64,000 nucleotides of DNA from Octopus sinensis (taxonomy: Eukaryota). This document shows positions 14,382-27,200 of this stretch, in pieces. The first letter of the stretch is position 1, and every line of letters begins with the position of its first letter. Where the stretch lies: NCBI RefSeq assembly GCF_006345805.1, contig NC_043014.1, forward strand, positions 29,140,001 to 29,204,000, given 5' to 3'. The position numbers and the translations under genes are program-made. The notes below the pieces were generated by a model that saw only the letters and a program-made list of their open reading frames with translations, was not told where the DNA came from and did no database searches.

Positions 14382-14514
14382 CTGAGTAACCGTTTCCGAA
14401 GCTGGAGCCGTTATAGAACGTCGTCATCTTCCACCGAGCTCGCCGCCGCACTTGACAGCACCAGAACCACTACTATCAGCAGCTACACACCACCACTTCA
14501 TACTACAGCCAGAA
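14382..14514 (-). CDS. Candidate exon with a start codon ([15 protein letters not shown]...) of an unidentified host gene
   Basis: Unique GC-richer island; minus-strand acceptor ...TGTTGCTACAG|, AAGATGA start context with upstream in-frame stops, donor CAG|GTTTGT. No homology recognised. Confidence 0.3.
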
Positions 14515-14599
14515 CTGTAGCAACAGTGCACATTTTGAAAACAGAATACGGAATATGTCGAATACATAAGTCTTTTAACGATGTTTCTATTTAGCTGAC

Positions 14600-16560
14600 A
14601 CATCTTTTATAATTGCTGTTGTTGTTGTTGCTATCACTGTTGTTTTTGTTTTCGTCCGTTAGTGTTGTTTGTAGTCGTTGTTTAACCCCACATCAGTTGT
14701 AAGTGAGAAGACCTATCATCAACGACGTTCCAGCCGTAACCATCCTGTCTTAATTTTATGACGTAAGACTGCAATTTGAAGGAAATTTGGCTAGTTTAGC
14801 GACTACCTTAGGGGCACGCTTGTTGGCTCGTTGCTGTTGTTATTGTTGTTGTGCTGTTGCGGTGGTGGTGGCGGCAGCGATAACCACGGTAGTGTTCCGT
14901 TGTGCCTGTTGCATGTGTTGTAGTGTTATTGTGACTGTGTTGTAGTGGCTACATCGTGTATTGTTGTGGTTTGTGTTGTGGAGTTCTGGTTGTGGTGTTT
15001 TGTCGCTACGTTATAGTAGTGTCATGTTGTATGTGCAACAGTGTTATGTTTATGAATTTGTTGTGCTGTTGTGGCGTTAATATTGGAGCGTGTATTTTTT
15101 TTTTTTCTGTAAAACTGTGTTGTGGTGATTGGAATGTTTTGGTTGTTCTCTAGTTGTTGTAATGTTGTTACTGGTAGTATTTGCGTGGTCTTGTAGTGGA
15201 TGAAGTTATGCGGTCTGTATTGTAGCGGCTATTGTAACTAACTCTAACGTTGTTCTGTTGCGCTTTCTGTATTACTTAATTTTCTTCTGGCTCTCTTGTT
15301 GCGGTGGTAGTATAACAGTTGTGATTTACAGTGGCTCTGTTACCGTTGAGGCGGTGGTTGTGATGTAGCGTTACAGAGGGAGTGTTACTGTAATTAAGTG
15401 ATGTCTGCGTAGTTTCTGATGATCGGGCTATTGTTGTGGTGGTTAGCTACACTGTTGGAGTTGTAGTAGCTCTAGTATTGTGGTTATTATTTGTTGTAAT
15501 CTTGTTATTACCATGTTGTTGTTGTTGTTGTTGTCGTTGTTGCTGTTGTTGTTGTTGTTGTCGTTGTTGTTGCTGTTGTTTCTGCTGTTGCTGTTGTTGT
15601 CATAACAGTTCTGACGTCCCAACGCTGGTGGTTGGTGGTTGTGGTCACTCCGTTGCTATGTTGTGCGGTGGCTGTGTTGTTGTGTTGCTTGTTATGTAAT
15701 TGTAATGATAACAGGTTTTTATTGAGGTGACGGTGGTATTGTTTAGGTTGTAGTATTCTACTGCAGCTGTGTTCTGGTGGATGGTACTGTTGTGGCTGTA
15801 GTGGCTTTGTTAGAGTGTTTAGGCTGAGGTGTCTACACACGTATCTCTGATGTTGTGATGTTATGGTTGTGTATACGTCTATAATCACTGACACACTGTT
15901 GCTGCTGGTGTCTATCATATTGTTGTTGTGATTACCATAATCACGTTGCTATGGTGATAGCAAGGCTAACAGTCGTAGTGATAGTGTTGCTGCTGGTAGT
16001 GGTGATGATTGTAGCGATGATAGTGATGGTTGTGGTGGTGTGATATTGATGACTGTGGTGGTAGTGAAAATGTTGATGACGATGATGATGATGATGAGAA
16101 AGATGATGATGAGAAAGATGATGATGATGATGATGATAATAATGGTGATGATGATGGTGATGATGATGATGATGATGATGATGATGTGATGATGATGATG
16201 GTGATGGTGGTAGTGGCGGCGTTACGGTGGTGGTGGTGGTGCTGGAGGTGCTGGTGCTGGTGATGATGATAATGGTAGTTGTTGGTGATTATAGTGGTGA
16301 TGGTTATAATATTGGTAATAATAATGTTAGTGGTGGCGGCGGCGGTAGCGGTGGTGGAGGTGGTGGTGGTGGTGGTGGTGGTGTTGGTGGTGGTGTTGGT
16401 GGTGGTGTTGGTGGTGGTGGTGGTGGTAATTATTCTTGTCGTGTTTTTCGCTATTAATGCAGTTATTTGGTGTTGTTATTTGTTCTTGGTGTTCTTCTTG
16501 AGACTGGTGCCGCTACGGTTGTTTTTATTGTTCAATGTTTGTTTTTTTTAGTGAATTTGG
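14600..16560. repeat. Degenerate (TGT)n/(GGT)n/(GAT)n trinucleotide low-complexity region
   Basis: Directly visible; yields poly-C/V/D/G pseudo-ORFs. Confidence 0.85.
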
Positions 16561-16589
16561 TGTGTTCTTATTATTAGTAGTATTGTTGC

Positions 16590-17010
16590 TACTCCGCCGA
16601 GGTCGACTTGGCCTTTTATCCTTTCGGTATCGATAAATTAAGTACCAGTGACGCACTGGGGTCGATGTCATCAACTAGTCCCTTCCCCTCAAATTTCAAG
16701 CCTAATGCTTTTAGTAGAAAATATTATTAGTATTATTCTTGCAGTTGTTGTTGTTGTTGTTGTTGTTGTTATTGCCACTGCTTTTCTGTTGCTGATGATG
16801 TTGTTGTTACAATAGTCATCATTGTTTGTTATGCTTAGCGGAATTTCCTCCGTTTTCACATTCTTAGTTCAAATTCTGCCGAGGTCCACTTTGCTGTCAG
16901 GATCCTGTGAGTTTCGATAAAATAAGTACCAGTTGAATACTGGGATCAATGTAATCGACTTAGCCCCTCCCATCGAAACTGCTGGCCTTGTACCAAAATT
17001 TGAAATCGAA
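16590..17010 (+). mobile_element. Two 5'-truncated SINE-B copies (16590-16735 tail type ii; 16832-17010 tail type iii)
   Basis: GCCGAGGTCGAC...CCTTTCGG...GATAAAWTAAGTACCAG...GGGGTCGATGT central module. Confidence 0.8.
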
Positions 17011-17029
17011 ATTAAATATTGCTGTTTTT

Positions 17030-17432
17030 CTTACTCTTTTACTCTTTTACTTGTCTCAGTCATTTGACTGCGACCATGCTAGAGCACCGCCTTTACTCGA
17101 GCAAATCGACCCTAGGACTTATTCTTTGGAAGCTTAGTACTTATTCCATCGGTATCTTTTGCCGAACGGCTAAGTTACGGGGACGTAAGCACACCAGCAT
17201 CGGTTGTCAAGCGACGTTGTGGGGACAAACACAGACACACAAACATATACACACACATACATATATATACATATATACGATGGGCTTCTTTCAGTTTCCG
17301 ACTACCAAATCCACTCACAAGGCTTTGGTCGGCCCGTGGCTATAGTAGAAGACACTTGCCACGCAGTGGGAATGAACTCGGAACCATGTGGTTGGTAAGC
17401 AAGCTACTTACCACACAGCCACTCCTACGCCT
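17030..17432 (-). mobile_element. SINE family A, full length
   Basis: Reverse complement of the 2677-3050 consensus. Confidence 0.9.
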
Positions 17433-17741
17433 GTTGATTTTTTTTTTACTCTACCATTGTTTTGTTTTCATCCTCAGCTCAAACATCATTGAGCAGGCGT
17501 GTGGTCACTAGCGTTCCAGTCATACCCATCCCGTTTTGTTTGTTAGGGACAATATTGCCAAACGTGTGCTTCACTTTTAAAATTCGCTAGCGTGTGATTT
17601 GAGATAGTTTTAGCTGCTATTTTTTGCAGGTTGAGCATCGTCATTTGTTCATCATTTTATTGTTGTTAGTGCTGTTTTTCTTGTTGTTGCTACTGCTGCT
17701 GGTGGCGGCGGCAGCGATGGTGACGGTAATTTGTCCCATCA

Positions 17742-17973
17742 AGGCGGCGAGCTGGCAGAATGGTTAGCACGCCGGGCGAAATGCGTAGCCGTATTTCGTC
17801 TGCCGTTACGTTCTGAGTTCAAGTTCCGCCGAGGTTGACTTTGTCTTTCATCCTTTCGGGGTCGATTAAATAAGTACCAGTTACGCACTGGGGTCGATAT
17901 AATCGAATTAATCCGTTTGTCTGTCCCTGTTTGTCCTCTCTGTGTTTGGCCCCTTGTGGGTAGTAAAGAAATA
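17742..17973 (+). mobile_element. SINE family B, full length, Tx1-type tail (type i), with 15-bp TSD
   Basis: A box TGGCAGAATGG (17753-17763); B-box-like GAGTTCAAGTTCC; TSD GGTAATTTGTCCCAT (17725-17739) / GGTATTTTGTCCCAT (17974-17988). Confidence 0.9.
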
Positions 17974-18435
17974 GGTATTTTGTCCCATAGCTCTCTTAGA
18001 CTCAACAAATCCATGATCACACACGGTCAAACTACAACCATTCAGTTCTTACCTCGGACATAGTATATCTAGGACGACATTATCCAATGTGTTACTCCAA
18101 TTTCAAGATAACAAGAGGGATTTTAGCTGCTACTTCTAGCATATCGTGCTACGGCGTAGAGGCGCCATCGTTGTATCTGTTGTAATTGTTTAGTATCGAT
18201 GTTAACTACGCCGATTGTCAATCCTTGCGTTTTCTCACTGTCCTGAGTTCAATCCTAACAGGCATCACAGTAAACCTGCTTTTGCCCTTTTAACTATCTG
18301 TGTGTGTGTGTGTATGTGTGTGTGTGTGTGTACACGTATGAGTGTACGTGCATGTCTATGCGTGTGTGCATAAACAAATCTAACGCAGCAACCCTTTCTT
18401 TCTCTCTTTCGCTTTCATTGTGATTGAACGTATAT

Positions 18436-18821
18436 ACATGTATGTTTGTATGTATGTATGTATGTATGTATGTAGTGTGTATGTATGTATGTGTGTATGT
18501 ATGTATGTATGTATGTTTGTATGTATGTATGTATGTATGTATGTATGTATGTATGTATGTGTGTATGTATGTATGTATGTATGTTTGTATGTATGTATGT
18601 ATGTATGTATGTATGTATGTTTGTATGTATGTATGTATGTATGTATGTATGTATGTTTGTATGTATGTATGTTTGTATGTATGTATGTATGTATGTATGT
18701 ATGTATGTATGTATGTATGTATGTATGTATGTATGTATGTGTGTATGTATGTAATGTATGTGTGTATGTATGTATGTATGTATGTATGTATGTATCTATC
18801 TATCTATCTGTTTATTTATTT

Positions 18822-18860
<39 letters not shown>
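18436..18860. repeat. (TATG)n tetranucleotide microsatellite
   Basis: Directly visible. Confidence 0.95.
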
Positions 18861-18878
18861 GCCACATGCACACACACA

Positions 18879-19110
18879 TACGATGAGGCGCTGAAAAGTT
18901 CCTGGTTTTCAGGGTATCGCGGCGGGCCGGTTAGAGACCCAACCTTCCGTTTTCTTTTACAGGGCTTAGAATAAAATGAAGGACCGCCGTAATAAGTGGG
19001 TGAATTTGAGAGGGGAATATACTGAATAAAATCAAATTAACTGATCCTCTTGTTTTTTTTTGGGGGGGGGGGTTAAACCCAAAACCAGTAACTTATCGGC
19101 ACACTCTCGT
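18879..19110 (+). mobile_element. mariner-derived MITE retaining the transposase C-terminus
   Basis: TIRs as at 8941-9145; degenerate translation FFLQGLE...K.VNLRGEY.E matches the mariner C-terminal motif. Confidence 0.75.
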
Positions 19111-19149
19111 TCGCATACATAAATATATACATAATTGCATACATGTATG

Positions 19150-20340
19150 TACAAGGTATGTCCAAAACGAAAGCAAACTTCAATAAATTGTTAGTTTACT
19201 TACAAAATAGTTCCCTTCACCAATGTTGTTACACTGCTCATAACGATTTTTTTCTTTTAGTTTTGGGATGCAATTTCAGAAATAGTTGCACAGTTGTAGG
19301 GTGAATTTTTCTCCAACTAATTCTATCGTCTGAAATCGAGTACTATTATGGTTGAATTTCAACAGTAAAAGACAAACAGGCCAACAAGGGGTCAAATGCA
19401 TAAAGGAGGGCGGTTTGGAGATGAGAGTCGTCTCGTGTTTTGTCAAAACAACCACAGACATGCAGTGACGTACTGAGTTTTTTTGTTTTTTGTTGATACC
19501 CGACGCTCTTCTTCAGTACTGTTTCATAGTATTCAGGTAAAAGGCTTTGTTGATTGCCTGACAACGTGGAACAAAATCATGGTCTACGACACCCTTTCAA
19601 TGAAAATAAAAATCACCTTCACATTTGAGCCCTTCTGACGTAGGAAATCACCTCGGCCATGAGCCAAATCACTGAAATGACTACCTCATTGTTTTGACAT
19701 CCGAAGCTCTTGCCGTGTGGTGGTGTAGCTGAGATTGTGGGGCACTAATCAAGAACCTCATGCCTAGTTGGAAAACACGTCTTTTCTGTAACAACCAGCA
19801 CTTAGCCGAGATAACAATCCAAAAAGTATCTTTACATTCCGTCCCCAGTTTTGGCGCTATTCAGAAAGCCTTCATCAACGTTCAACCGATCAAACATGAC
19901 TGTGACGTGATACGGTTCCCTTTAGTCCACAAAATTCCCTGCGACATGATGCATTTTCAAGTTTCATTTAACATCGCGTGGCATAAATTTTTACTGACGC
20001 TTTCAACATCGGAAATTTCACCAATAGAGTCAGGTTATGATTTTTTACGGATCACAGCACGCATTTTAGCAATGTGATCAGCATTTCATGCCATAGAAGT
20101 TCGTCCAAATGCTGAATTGTCTTCAGTTGATGTTTTTCCTAATTTCAAACACTGGTACCAAACGCATTCTGCAATATAGGAAAGTCTACGAATTTTCTTC
20201 TCCAAATTTGAAACAGAATTTCACACAAACAATTTTACTCTTCAGAATCATCTCCTGCTCAGTTTGCAACATATTGCGCAGTGCATTAGACATACCGTTA
20301 CTTTAGCATATGTAGATCAATAATTGACGTGGCGATGTGT
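19150..20340 (-). mobile_element. Decayed mariner transposon (transposase pseudogene)
   Basis: Minus-strand fragments GVVDHDFVPR.Q.IN..FY, PPSFMHLTPC (decayed PPYSPDLAPC), RFQTIE, EGNYF; ~1.2 kb; many stops and frameshifts. Confidence 0.7.
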
Positions 20341-20629
20341 GAGTCTTTGTCAATTTGAATTAAAGCTCGTCCACACGCAGCACTGCAATGGACAATACGT
20401 ACTCTGCATCAATTTGTTTAAAAGATCGGTTCCGCTTTTGATAAACATCGGGCATGTTTACGTATTTCCGACTTTGTGTAGCACCAGAATACATTGTATT
20501 TGAAATCCTACTTGAGTCAAGCTTATTATTCCGAGTGAAAAATATAATGTGCCAATCGTATACCGGAAAACGATATGTTGGACTACCTCTACCCCAAATC
20601 ATATGGTCAAGTGGCAATGGAAACATTAA

Positions 20630-20818
20630 GGATCCTTTCTACTATAAGCATAAGGCATGAAATCTTGGGGAATACGGCAAGTCGGTTACATCGAACCCAG
20701 TGCCCAGACGCTATTTATTCCATCGACCCCGGCAAAATTTGAACTCAGAGCAAAAGACGGACGATATGCCCCTAAGCATATTTCCCGGCGTACTAATGAT
20801 TCTGCCAGCTGGCCGCCT
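20630..20818 (-). mobile_element. SINE family B (internally deleted), adjacent to (TAA)n at 20819-20890
   Basis: Reverse complement of the head GGCGGCCAGCTGGCAGAATCATTAG plus tail type ii. Confidence 0.8.
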
Positions 20819-20829
20819 TAATAATAATA

Positions 20830-20891
<62 letters not shown>

Positions 20892-20929
20892 GCAACAACA
20901 ACAACAACGGCGATGCAGTATAGTTAAAG

Positions 20930-22920
20930 AAAGCAGTCAGTTCTAAGACTAACTAATGCATTAATGAGGAAAATTTCAGGAAAAATGCCGAATTAGGAGG
21001 ACCCAGGACCAGATTTAGTTCAAGGCTAAAGAAATTTAATAGTTTACCTAGGAGGCTGAGGGAGCAACTTCAGGTTTGTCTTACTGGAGGAATAATACCA
21101 GATTGGATGACTAGAGGAAGGACAGTACTCATTATGAAAGATAAAAGCAAGGGTGATACAGATAGCAACTATAGACCAATCAGTTGCTTACCATTAGTGT
21201 GGAAGCTGTTAACAGGAATACTTTGAGAAAGCATTTACGAGCACCTTGCCAACCAGAATTTACTGCCAGAAGAACAGGAAGGTTGCAGGAAGAAGATTAG
21301 AGGAATGCATGATCTATTATACATAATCAAAACAGTTCTAGATGAAGTAAAAGCTAGAAAGAAAAAAAATCTAACAATAACATGGATACATTATAAGAAA
21401 GCTTATGACATGATCTCACAGTCATGGATAATTAAATGTTTGAGTATATTCAGTATAGCAGATAACGTAAAAGAATTAATTAGCTTTAGCATGAAGAAAT
21501 AGTAAGTAGATATCTACTCAGGTGACACACTCTTAGCGAAAGTTAGAATAAAAATTAACCATCTACTCTACATAAATAATCTGAAGCTTTTTAGTAAGGA
21601 TGAAAAAAAGATACATTCCTTAATACAGACTGTAAGCCTCTTCAGCAAATATATAGGCATGGAATTTGGTATAGATAAGAGTGCAATATTAGTCATGAGA
21701 GGGGGACAGGTAGTCAACAGCGAAGGCATCCAATTACCAGATGACCAGACATTAAAATCATTGAAAGGAGAAAGTTAAAAGTATCTAGGAGTATTAGAAT
21801 CTGACAGAGTACTAACTACAGAAAGGAAAACGAAAATTGAGAAGGAGTACATCAGAAGGGTGAGGAAGCTAATGAAGTCAAAGCTAAGTCGTCCGAATTT
21901 AGTGAAGGCTGTAAATACTTGGGCAATATTATTACTTAAATACTCAGCAGCTAATGTAGATTGGACAAAAATTGAATTAGCAAAGCTAAACAGAAGAACT
22001 AGGAATGAATTCAATGTGAAGGGCAGGAGTAACAAGATTATACTTACCTAGAAAGGAAGGTGAAAGAGGGTTAATAACAGTAGAAGACTGCGTGGAATTA
22101 GCTACAGCAGATATAGACTCCTATGTAGGTAATAGTGAAAAAAGTTGCTAGAGTCACAGCAAGACATAGAGAAACCAAAAACCCAAACGAAGTTAAAAAC
22201 CAGAAAAAAGAACAGAAGTTATCTGACTGGCAGGATAAGGCGTTGCACGGTAGGTTCCCAAAGATCGTTGCAGCAAATAGTAGTAGTGAGACATGTTTAT
22301 GGTTGCAGAAAGGAAACCTGAAAAAGGAGGCCGAAAGTTTGTTAGTAGCTGCATAAGATCAAGCGTTAAAGACTGATTGGATAAAAGCCAAGATAGAGAA
22401 AAACCAAGTAGATTCCCAATGTAGGTTATGCAAATCAAAAGAGGAAATAGTAACTCATATAATAAGTGAATGTCGCATGCTGGTACAGAAAGAATACAAC
22501 AAGAGACATAACAACCTAAGGAGAGTAATCCACTGGGAGTTATGTAGAAAGCTAGGATTTGAATATACTGATAGATTTATGAACATGAACCTAGTAAAGT
22601 ACTAGAAAGTAAGAAATACAAGATGTGAGACTTTAACATTCGGACTGAGAGAGTAATAGAAACTAGAAGCCCCGATTTAGTAGTAGTAGATAAAGAGAGT
22701 AGAAAGTGCCAGATAATTGACTTTAAATCCCAGATGAGGAAAAAAATCAATATTAGGAGTATAGAAAAATAGTAAAGTACCAAGACCTAGCCATTGAATT
22801 ACGGATACTATGGAAAGTGAGGGTAAAATGTATCCCAGTAGTTATAGGTACATTGGGAACTATCCCTAAAGATCTGAACAGGTGGATAGAGGAAATAGGC
22901 AAGCCTAGTTGAAAAAACAG
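20930..22920 (+). mobile_element. Decayed R4/Dong-like non-LTR retrotransposon (RT, CCHC, restriction-like endonuclease), 5'-truncated
   Basis: PDWMTRGRTVLIMKDKSKG..NYRPISCLPLVWKLLTG; YKKAYDMISQSWI; NHLLYINNLKLF (decayed YMDD); CRLCKSKEEIVTHIISEC; KRHNN; RSPDLVVVDKE..C.IID; KYQDLAIEL..LW....IPVVIGTLG. Multiple stops. Confidence 0.85.
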
Positions 22921-22957
22921 GCCGAAGTAACACTCAAAATTTTCTGCGGTAGCCGCA

Positions 22958-24272
22958 GTGGCTACCGAGAACATTGACATCGATGTCAACCAGCTCGTCG
23001 AGCTATTTAAAAGAATGCAAGAGGAGGGTGGTGATGTTAAAATATCACCCTCCGCCAGTATCGTGGAGACCGAGAAGCGGACCGTAGTGTTTAAAACTTT
23101 CTGTCCACAAAGCAGAAGGTTCAAACACTTTGAAAAAAGCACCATCGAGAAATGCCTGTCCCCGATTTGGAAGGACATCGTGTACGTCGCCAGGAGACGG
23201 GCATATGGCACTGTGGATGTCCGCTTCTCGGGGGAAGAAATGGCCCGCGGGCATTCTGTGAACCCCCTAAAAACCAAGGAGGTGGTACTTTTCCCAAGCT
23301 ATAGGGGACGCAGGACGTCCCGGGTCAGGATTGTAGAAGCCCCGCCGGAAGTAGATCCGGTAGAGGTAGTGGCCGCCCTGTTATATAAAAGGGCGGACAA
23401 AATAAAAATACTACAAGTAACATGCTCTACCCCTCGATTTTGGCTCGGGCGTAACATTAATATATTAATTCAAGGAACAGCGGAGGACCTGAGAGGGTGC
23501 TCGTGGGCGAGAACGTAGCCCTCAGGGTACAGGTCGAAGGCCGAAAACCCACCTGTTACGCCTGCGGCAAAAAGGGCCACATTCGTGTAGACTGTCCAGA
23601 CAAGCAAAAGAAACCGCAGACACCAGGCCCCTCAGATAATAAAAAAGTCCCTACCCTTGCAAACACACCTACCCCTACAAAAACAAAAAATCCCACTCCT
23701 GCTGTTACGGTGCCAACCCCAAAACAGACTGAAGAAAAAACCCAGCCCTCGCACTCACAAACCCCTACACTATTAAAACCTCCCACCCCCTAAAAACTGC
23801 GGCGCCTACCGAACAAACTATTGCTACCCCAGACGATACCATGGAGGTATCAGAGGGGGGATTTACACCAGTTCGTAAAAGAATTCGTGCAGCATCCCCG
23901 TCCACATCCCCTACAAAAAATAATAAAAACAAAGATACACCACAGACACGGAAAAAAAAATCCCGCTCAACTGGCCCAGAAAAAGAAGACAAAAAAGAAA
24001 ATGAACTCATATTAATTGAATTCGACACACAAGACAAATACATAAACGATATTGTGGTTCAGCATCAGTCAGCAAGACTGTACAACAAATACAAAGATCG
24101 AAATAGACACGCGTGGATTGCGGAAACAACGTTCAAACAATTAAAAGACAGACACCCAAACGCCATCCGGCATATCGCGAACTTGCCGGACTATCTGAAG
24201 AAAGAGGAGAAAGAAGGGGCCCACAAACGTGTGGTGAGGTCGGCCCCCACCTCTCCAACGAAATGTAAGTAG
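22958..24272 (+). pseudogene. LINE ORF1 (gag-like, zinc knuckle), broken into three frames
   Basis: Segments 22958-23518, 23497-23793 and 23841-24272; CYACGKKGHIRVDC = CX2CX4HX4C; Pro/Thr/Lys-rich tail; homologous to 43160-43653 (LFPSY[RK]GRR). Confidence 0.8.
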
Positions 24273-24289
24273 AACTTTTACTTTTTGTA

Positions 24290-27200
24290 ATGGCTTCGCT
24301 TAACCTTGGTTGTTTAAATGTGCGTGGTCTGAGTTCGAAGTGGAAGCAGGCTTGTTTCCTCGACGACCTCAGATCACATGATATACATGTGATGGTTGCT
24401 ACAGAGACCAAGCTGGACAGCCTACAAACCTTCTCGCCTCTCCTGAATGGCTACGAGAAAATCATGTCTCCTGGCCAGACCGGAGGGCGAGGGGGCGTAG
24501 TGGTACTGATCCGTAAAGACTTGGCTCTACAGACAAGAACAGTCTATGTAGACCCAGAAGGTGGGCTGGTCGTCCTTGATGTGACATACAGCAGTAAGGC
24601 CTTCAGGTTGATCGGACTCTATGTACCTTGTGCTAGAGGTTTCCAAACTGATTTTTATCGGCGCCTAGAGGGCTTTCTCGTGACGTCGAAGACTTTAGTG
24701 ATATTAGGGGACTTTAATGCTATCGTTGACGTACACATCGATAGCGTTGGCTCGATCTATAGGAAAGTGAACTCACGTCTCGTGGATCTGCTTAAGCGGT
24801 TTCAGCTGGCAGATCGTTACAGACTTGACCATCCGAACGTCCCAGAGTGGACCTGGATGAGTGGCGACGGAAGGTTCAAGTCTTATCTAGACAGGATAGT
24901 GATAAGAACTAGAGATAAGTCTAGTTTTAGTTGTCCACAGCTCGTCCAGGTGCCCTATACTGACCATAGAATGGTCACGTGTAGACTGGACATAGATAGC
25001 ACAGCTGAACAAGTCTATTTTGACACGCGAGGCATACCGTAGCCGGATTAAGGTGTTAGTGCAGAGGGCGTTAACCGGAGCCGTGGTTAACAACCGGTGG
25101 TGGTTCACCCTCAAAAGAGCCATTCGATTCGAGTCCATTAGATTTAGTAAACAACTAAGAAGATAGGGCTAGAATAGAAGGCAACTAGTTAAGAACTTAG
25201 AGGAGGCGTTGAGGTTGGGCTCTGCATCTCACATTTTAGCGGCGAGAACGGCATTAGACCGTCACCTCAAAACCAAACATGAGGGATGTAGAGTCCGGGC
25301 TAAAGTACGAGCATTGAGCCGTGAGGGAATTAATGTTGCCGGATGGGCCCGTACGATAGAAACACAGCGTGGAAACGATGCCACAATTGGGTCTCTTGTT
25401 GATGAAAACGGATGCACGATCAAGAAGCGGGACGAGATGTGTGAGGCACTTCACAAGCACTTCGCCGAGTTGTTCGGGAGGTGCGGGACGCTGGATCATG
25501 GTGAGGCCCTTAGGGACTTCCTGTCTGGTGGCCCGCGCCTCTCGACACGAGAGGCTGAGTGCTGTGAAGGGCCAATCACAGCCGAGGAAGTAATCGAGGT
25601 GTTGGGCAAGTGCCCCGGGGAGAAGTCGCCGGGTCTCGATGGTCTGCCCTATGAATTTTATAGAAGTATGCCAGACTTGTTCGGGCACCTGCTGGCTAGC
25701 GTCTACGCCAACTGGCAGCAGAATGGGAGAATTCCCAAGTCTGCGAGCCGGGGGGCGGTGACGTTGATCAGGAAGGACCCGAACAAGGGGGACGAGATAG
25801 GGAACTTCAGGCCCATAACTCTGTTAAACACAGAGTTAAAGATTCTGGCCAAGGTGCTAGCAAAAAGGTTGGCGCGGGTCGTGGACAAACTTGTCGGGGA
25901 AGCGCAAACGTGCGCTATCACCGGCAGAACGATCCACGACAATCTCCACCTTATACGCTACTCCTTAGAGAGGGTGGGGAAGCTTTCTGGCGCAGGGGGA
26001 GCACTGGTACATTTAGACCAGTCCAAAGCATTTGATAGGGTCGACCATAGGTACCTGGCGGCGGTCCTCGGAGAGGCTGGCCTAGGCCCGACCTTTCGAG
26101 GTTGGATCGCTGCTTTGTATAGCGACATTGAGTCTGTAGTCAAGGTGAACGGTTCCTTTTCGAAGCCGTTCAGGATCGAGCGTTCAGTTCGTCAAGGGTG
26201 TCCCCTGTCCTCGCTCCTATACGTATTGGCTCTTGAGCCTTTGCTGCGGAAGTTGGAGGCACTAGGGGGCGCGCCGCATGATCTATGGTGTGGAAGAGGA
26301 GCTACGCGCGTATGCGGATGACACCTCCATCATCGTGGCAGACGAAGGCCAGCTTCCAGTGGTGGAAGAGGCCATCAAAAGCTACGAGGCGGTGGCAGGA
26401 GCAAAGGTTAACAAGGACAAGTCGGTCGGTTTGCAACTCGGCACCTGGAGGGGCAAGCCGATGCCGTCCAATAACGTCGTAGGGCGTTGGACGGAAGGTC
26501 CTGTTAAGCTGCTCGGAGTCTGGTTCGGGCCAGACCTCCAGATTGAGAAAAATTGGAGTGAGGTGGCCAACAAGGTGACCACTCTAACCCAGACCTGGTC
26601 TGGGCGGGCGTTATCCCTGCTAGGGAAGGCGGGGGTGGTGCAGATGTTTATAGCATCAGTAATCAGCTACCGTCTGACCGTGGTGCCTTGCCCCGATTTG
26701 TGGCTGAACAAGTTGGAGAGAATCCTTTTCCAATTTTTGTGGAAAGGAGGAAAGCCACTTGTAAAGCGCTCTGTCTGCTGCCAGAAACCGCTAAAGGGTG
26801 GGCTAGGGATGCCTTGGCTGAGGATGCGAAAACTCGCGTTAAGGTTGAGGCAACTCTGGCTTTACCTGGATGGAGAGCAGGTGTGGTCACCGCACGTCCG
26901 GTTCTACCTTCCCCAGTTAACATCCCTAACGGACATCGGTGCATGGATCAAGCGGAGACCTAAACTGAGTGAATGGCATTTGGAGTGCCGTCAGGCGCTC
27001 CAGCTACTATCTCGGGTGGGCAACGCCGGCAACAGGAGTTCCACCACGGATTTCTATAGCGGGTTAGTGGAGATTAAGTCCGAAGACGCCTTGGGGGAGA
27101 CCCTGGGCTACGATGAAAATCAGTTGGTCAACCTGTTCCGGAGGACGTTCGGGCCGGGGTATCTGGATAATTACCAGAAATCCCTGGCCTGGCAGTGTTT

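Noticed and set aside
15436-16551. Poly-Cys, poly-Asp and poly-Gly ORFs resembling metallothionein or structural proteins
   Set aside because: Trinucleotide microsatellites; all frames are equally open and there is no splice or codon evidence.
17742-17830. tRNA gene-like A and B boxes
   Set aside because: Part of multicopy SINE heads continuing into non-tRNA body and tail; no complete cloverleaf or poly-T terminator.
18420-18974. 184-aa CMYV-repeat ORF, and similar YLSI/HTYI ORFs elsewhere
   Set aside because: (TATG)n and (TCTA)n tetranucleotide repeats.
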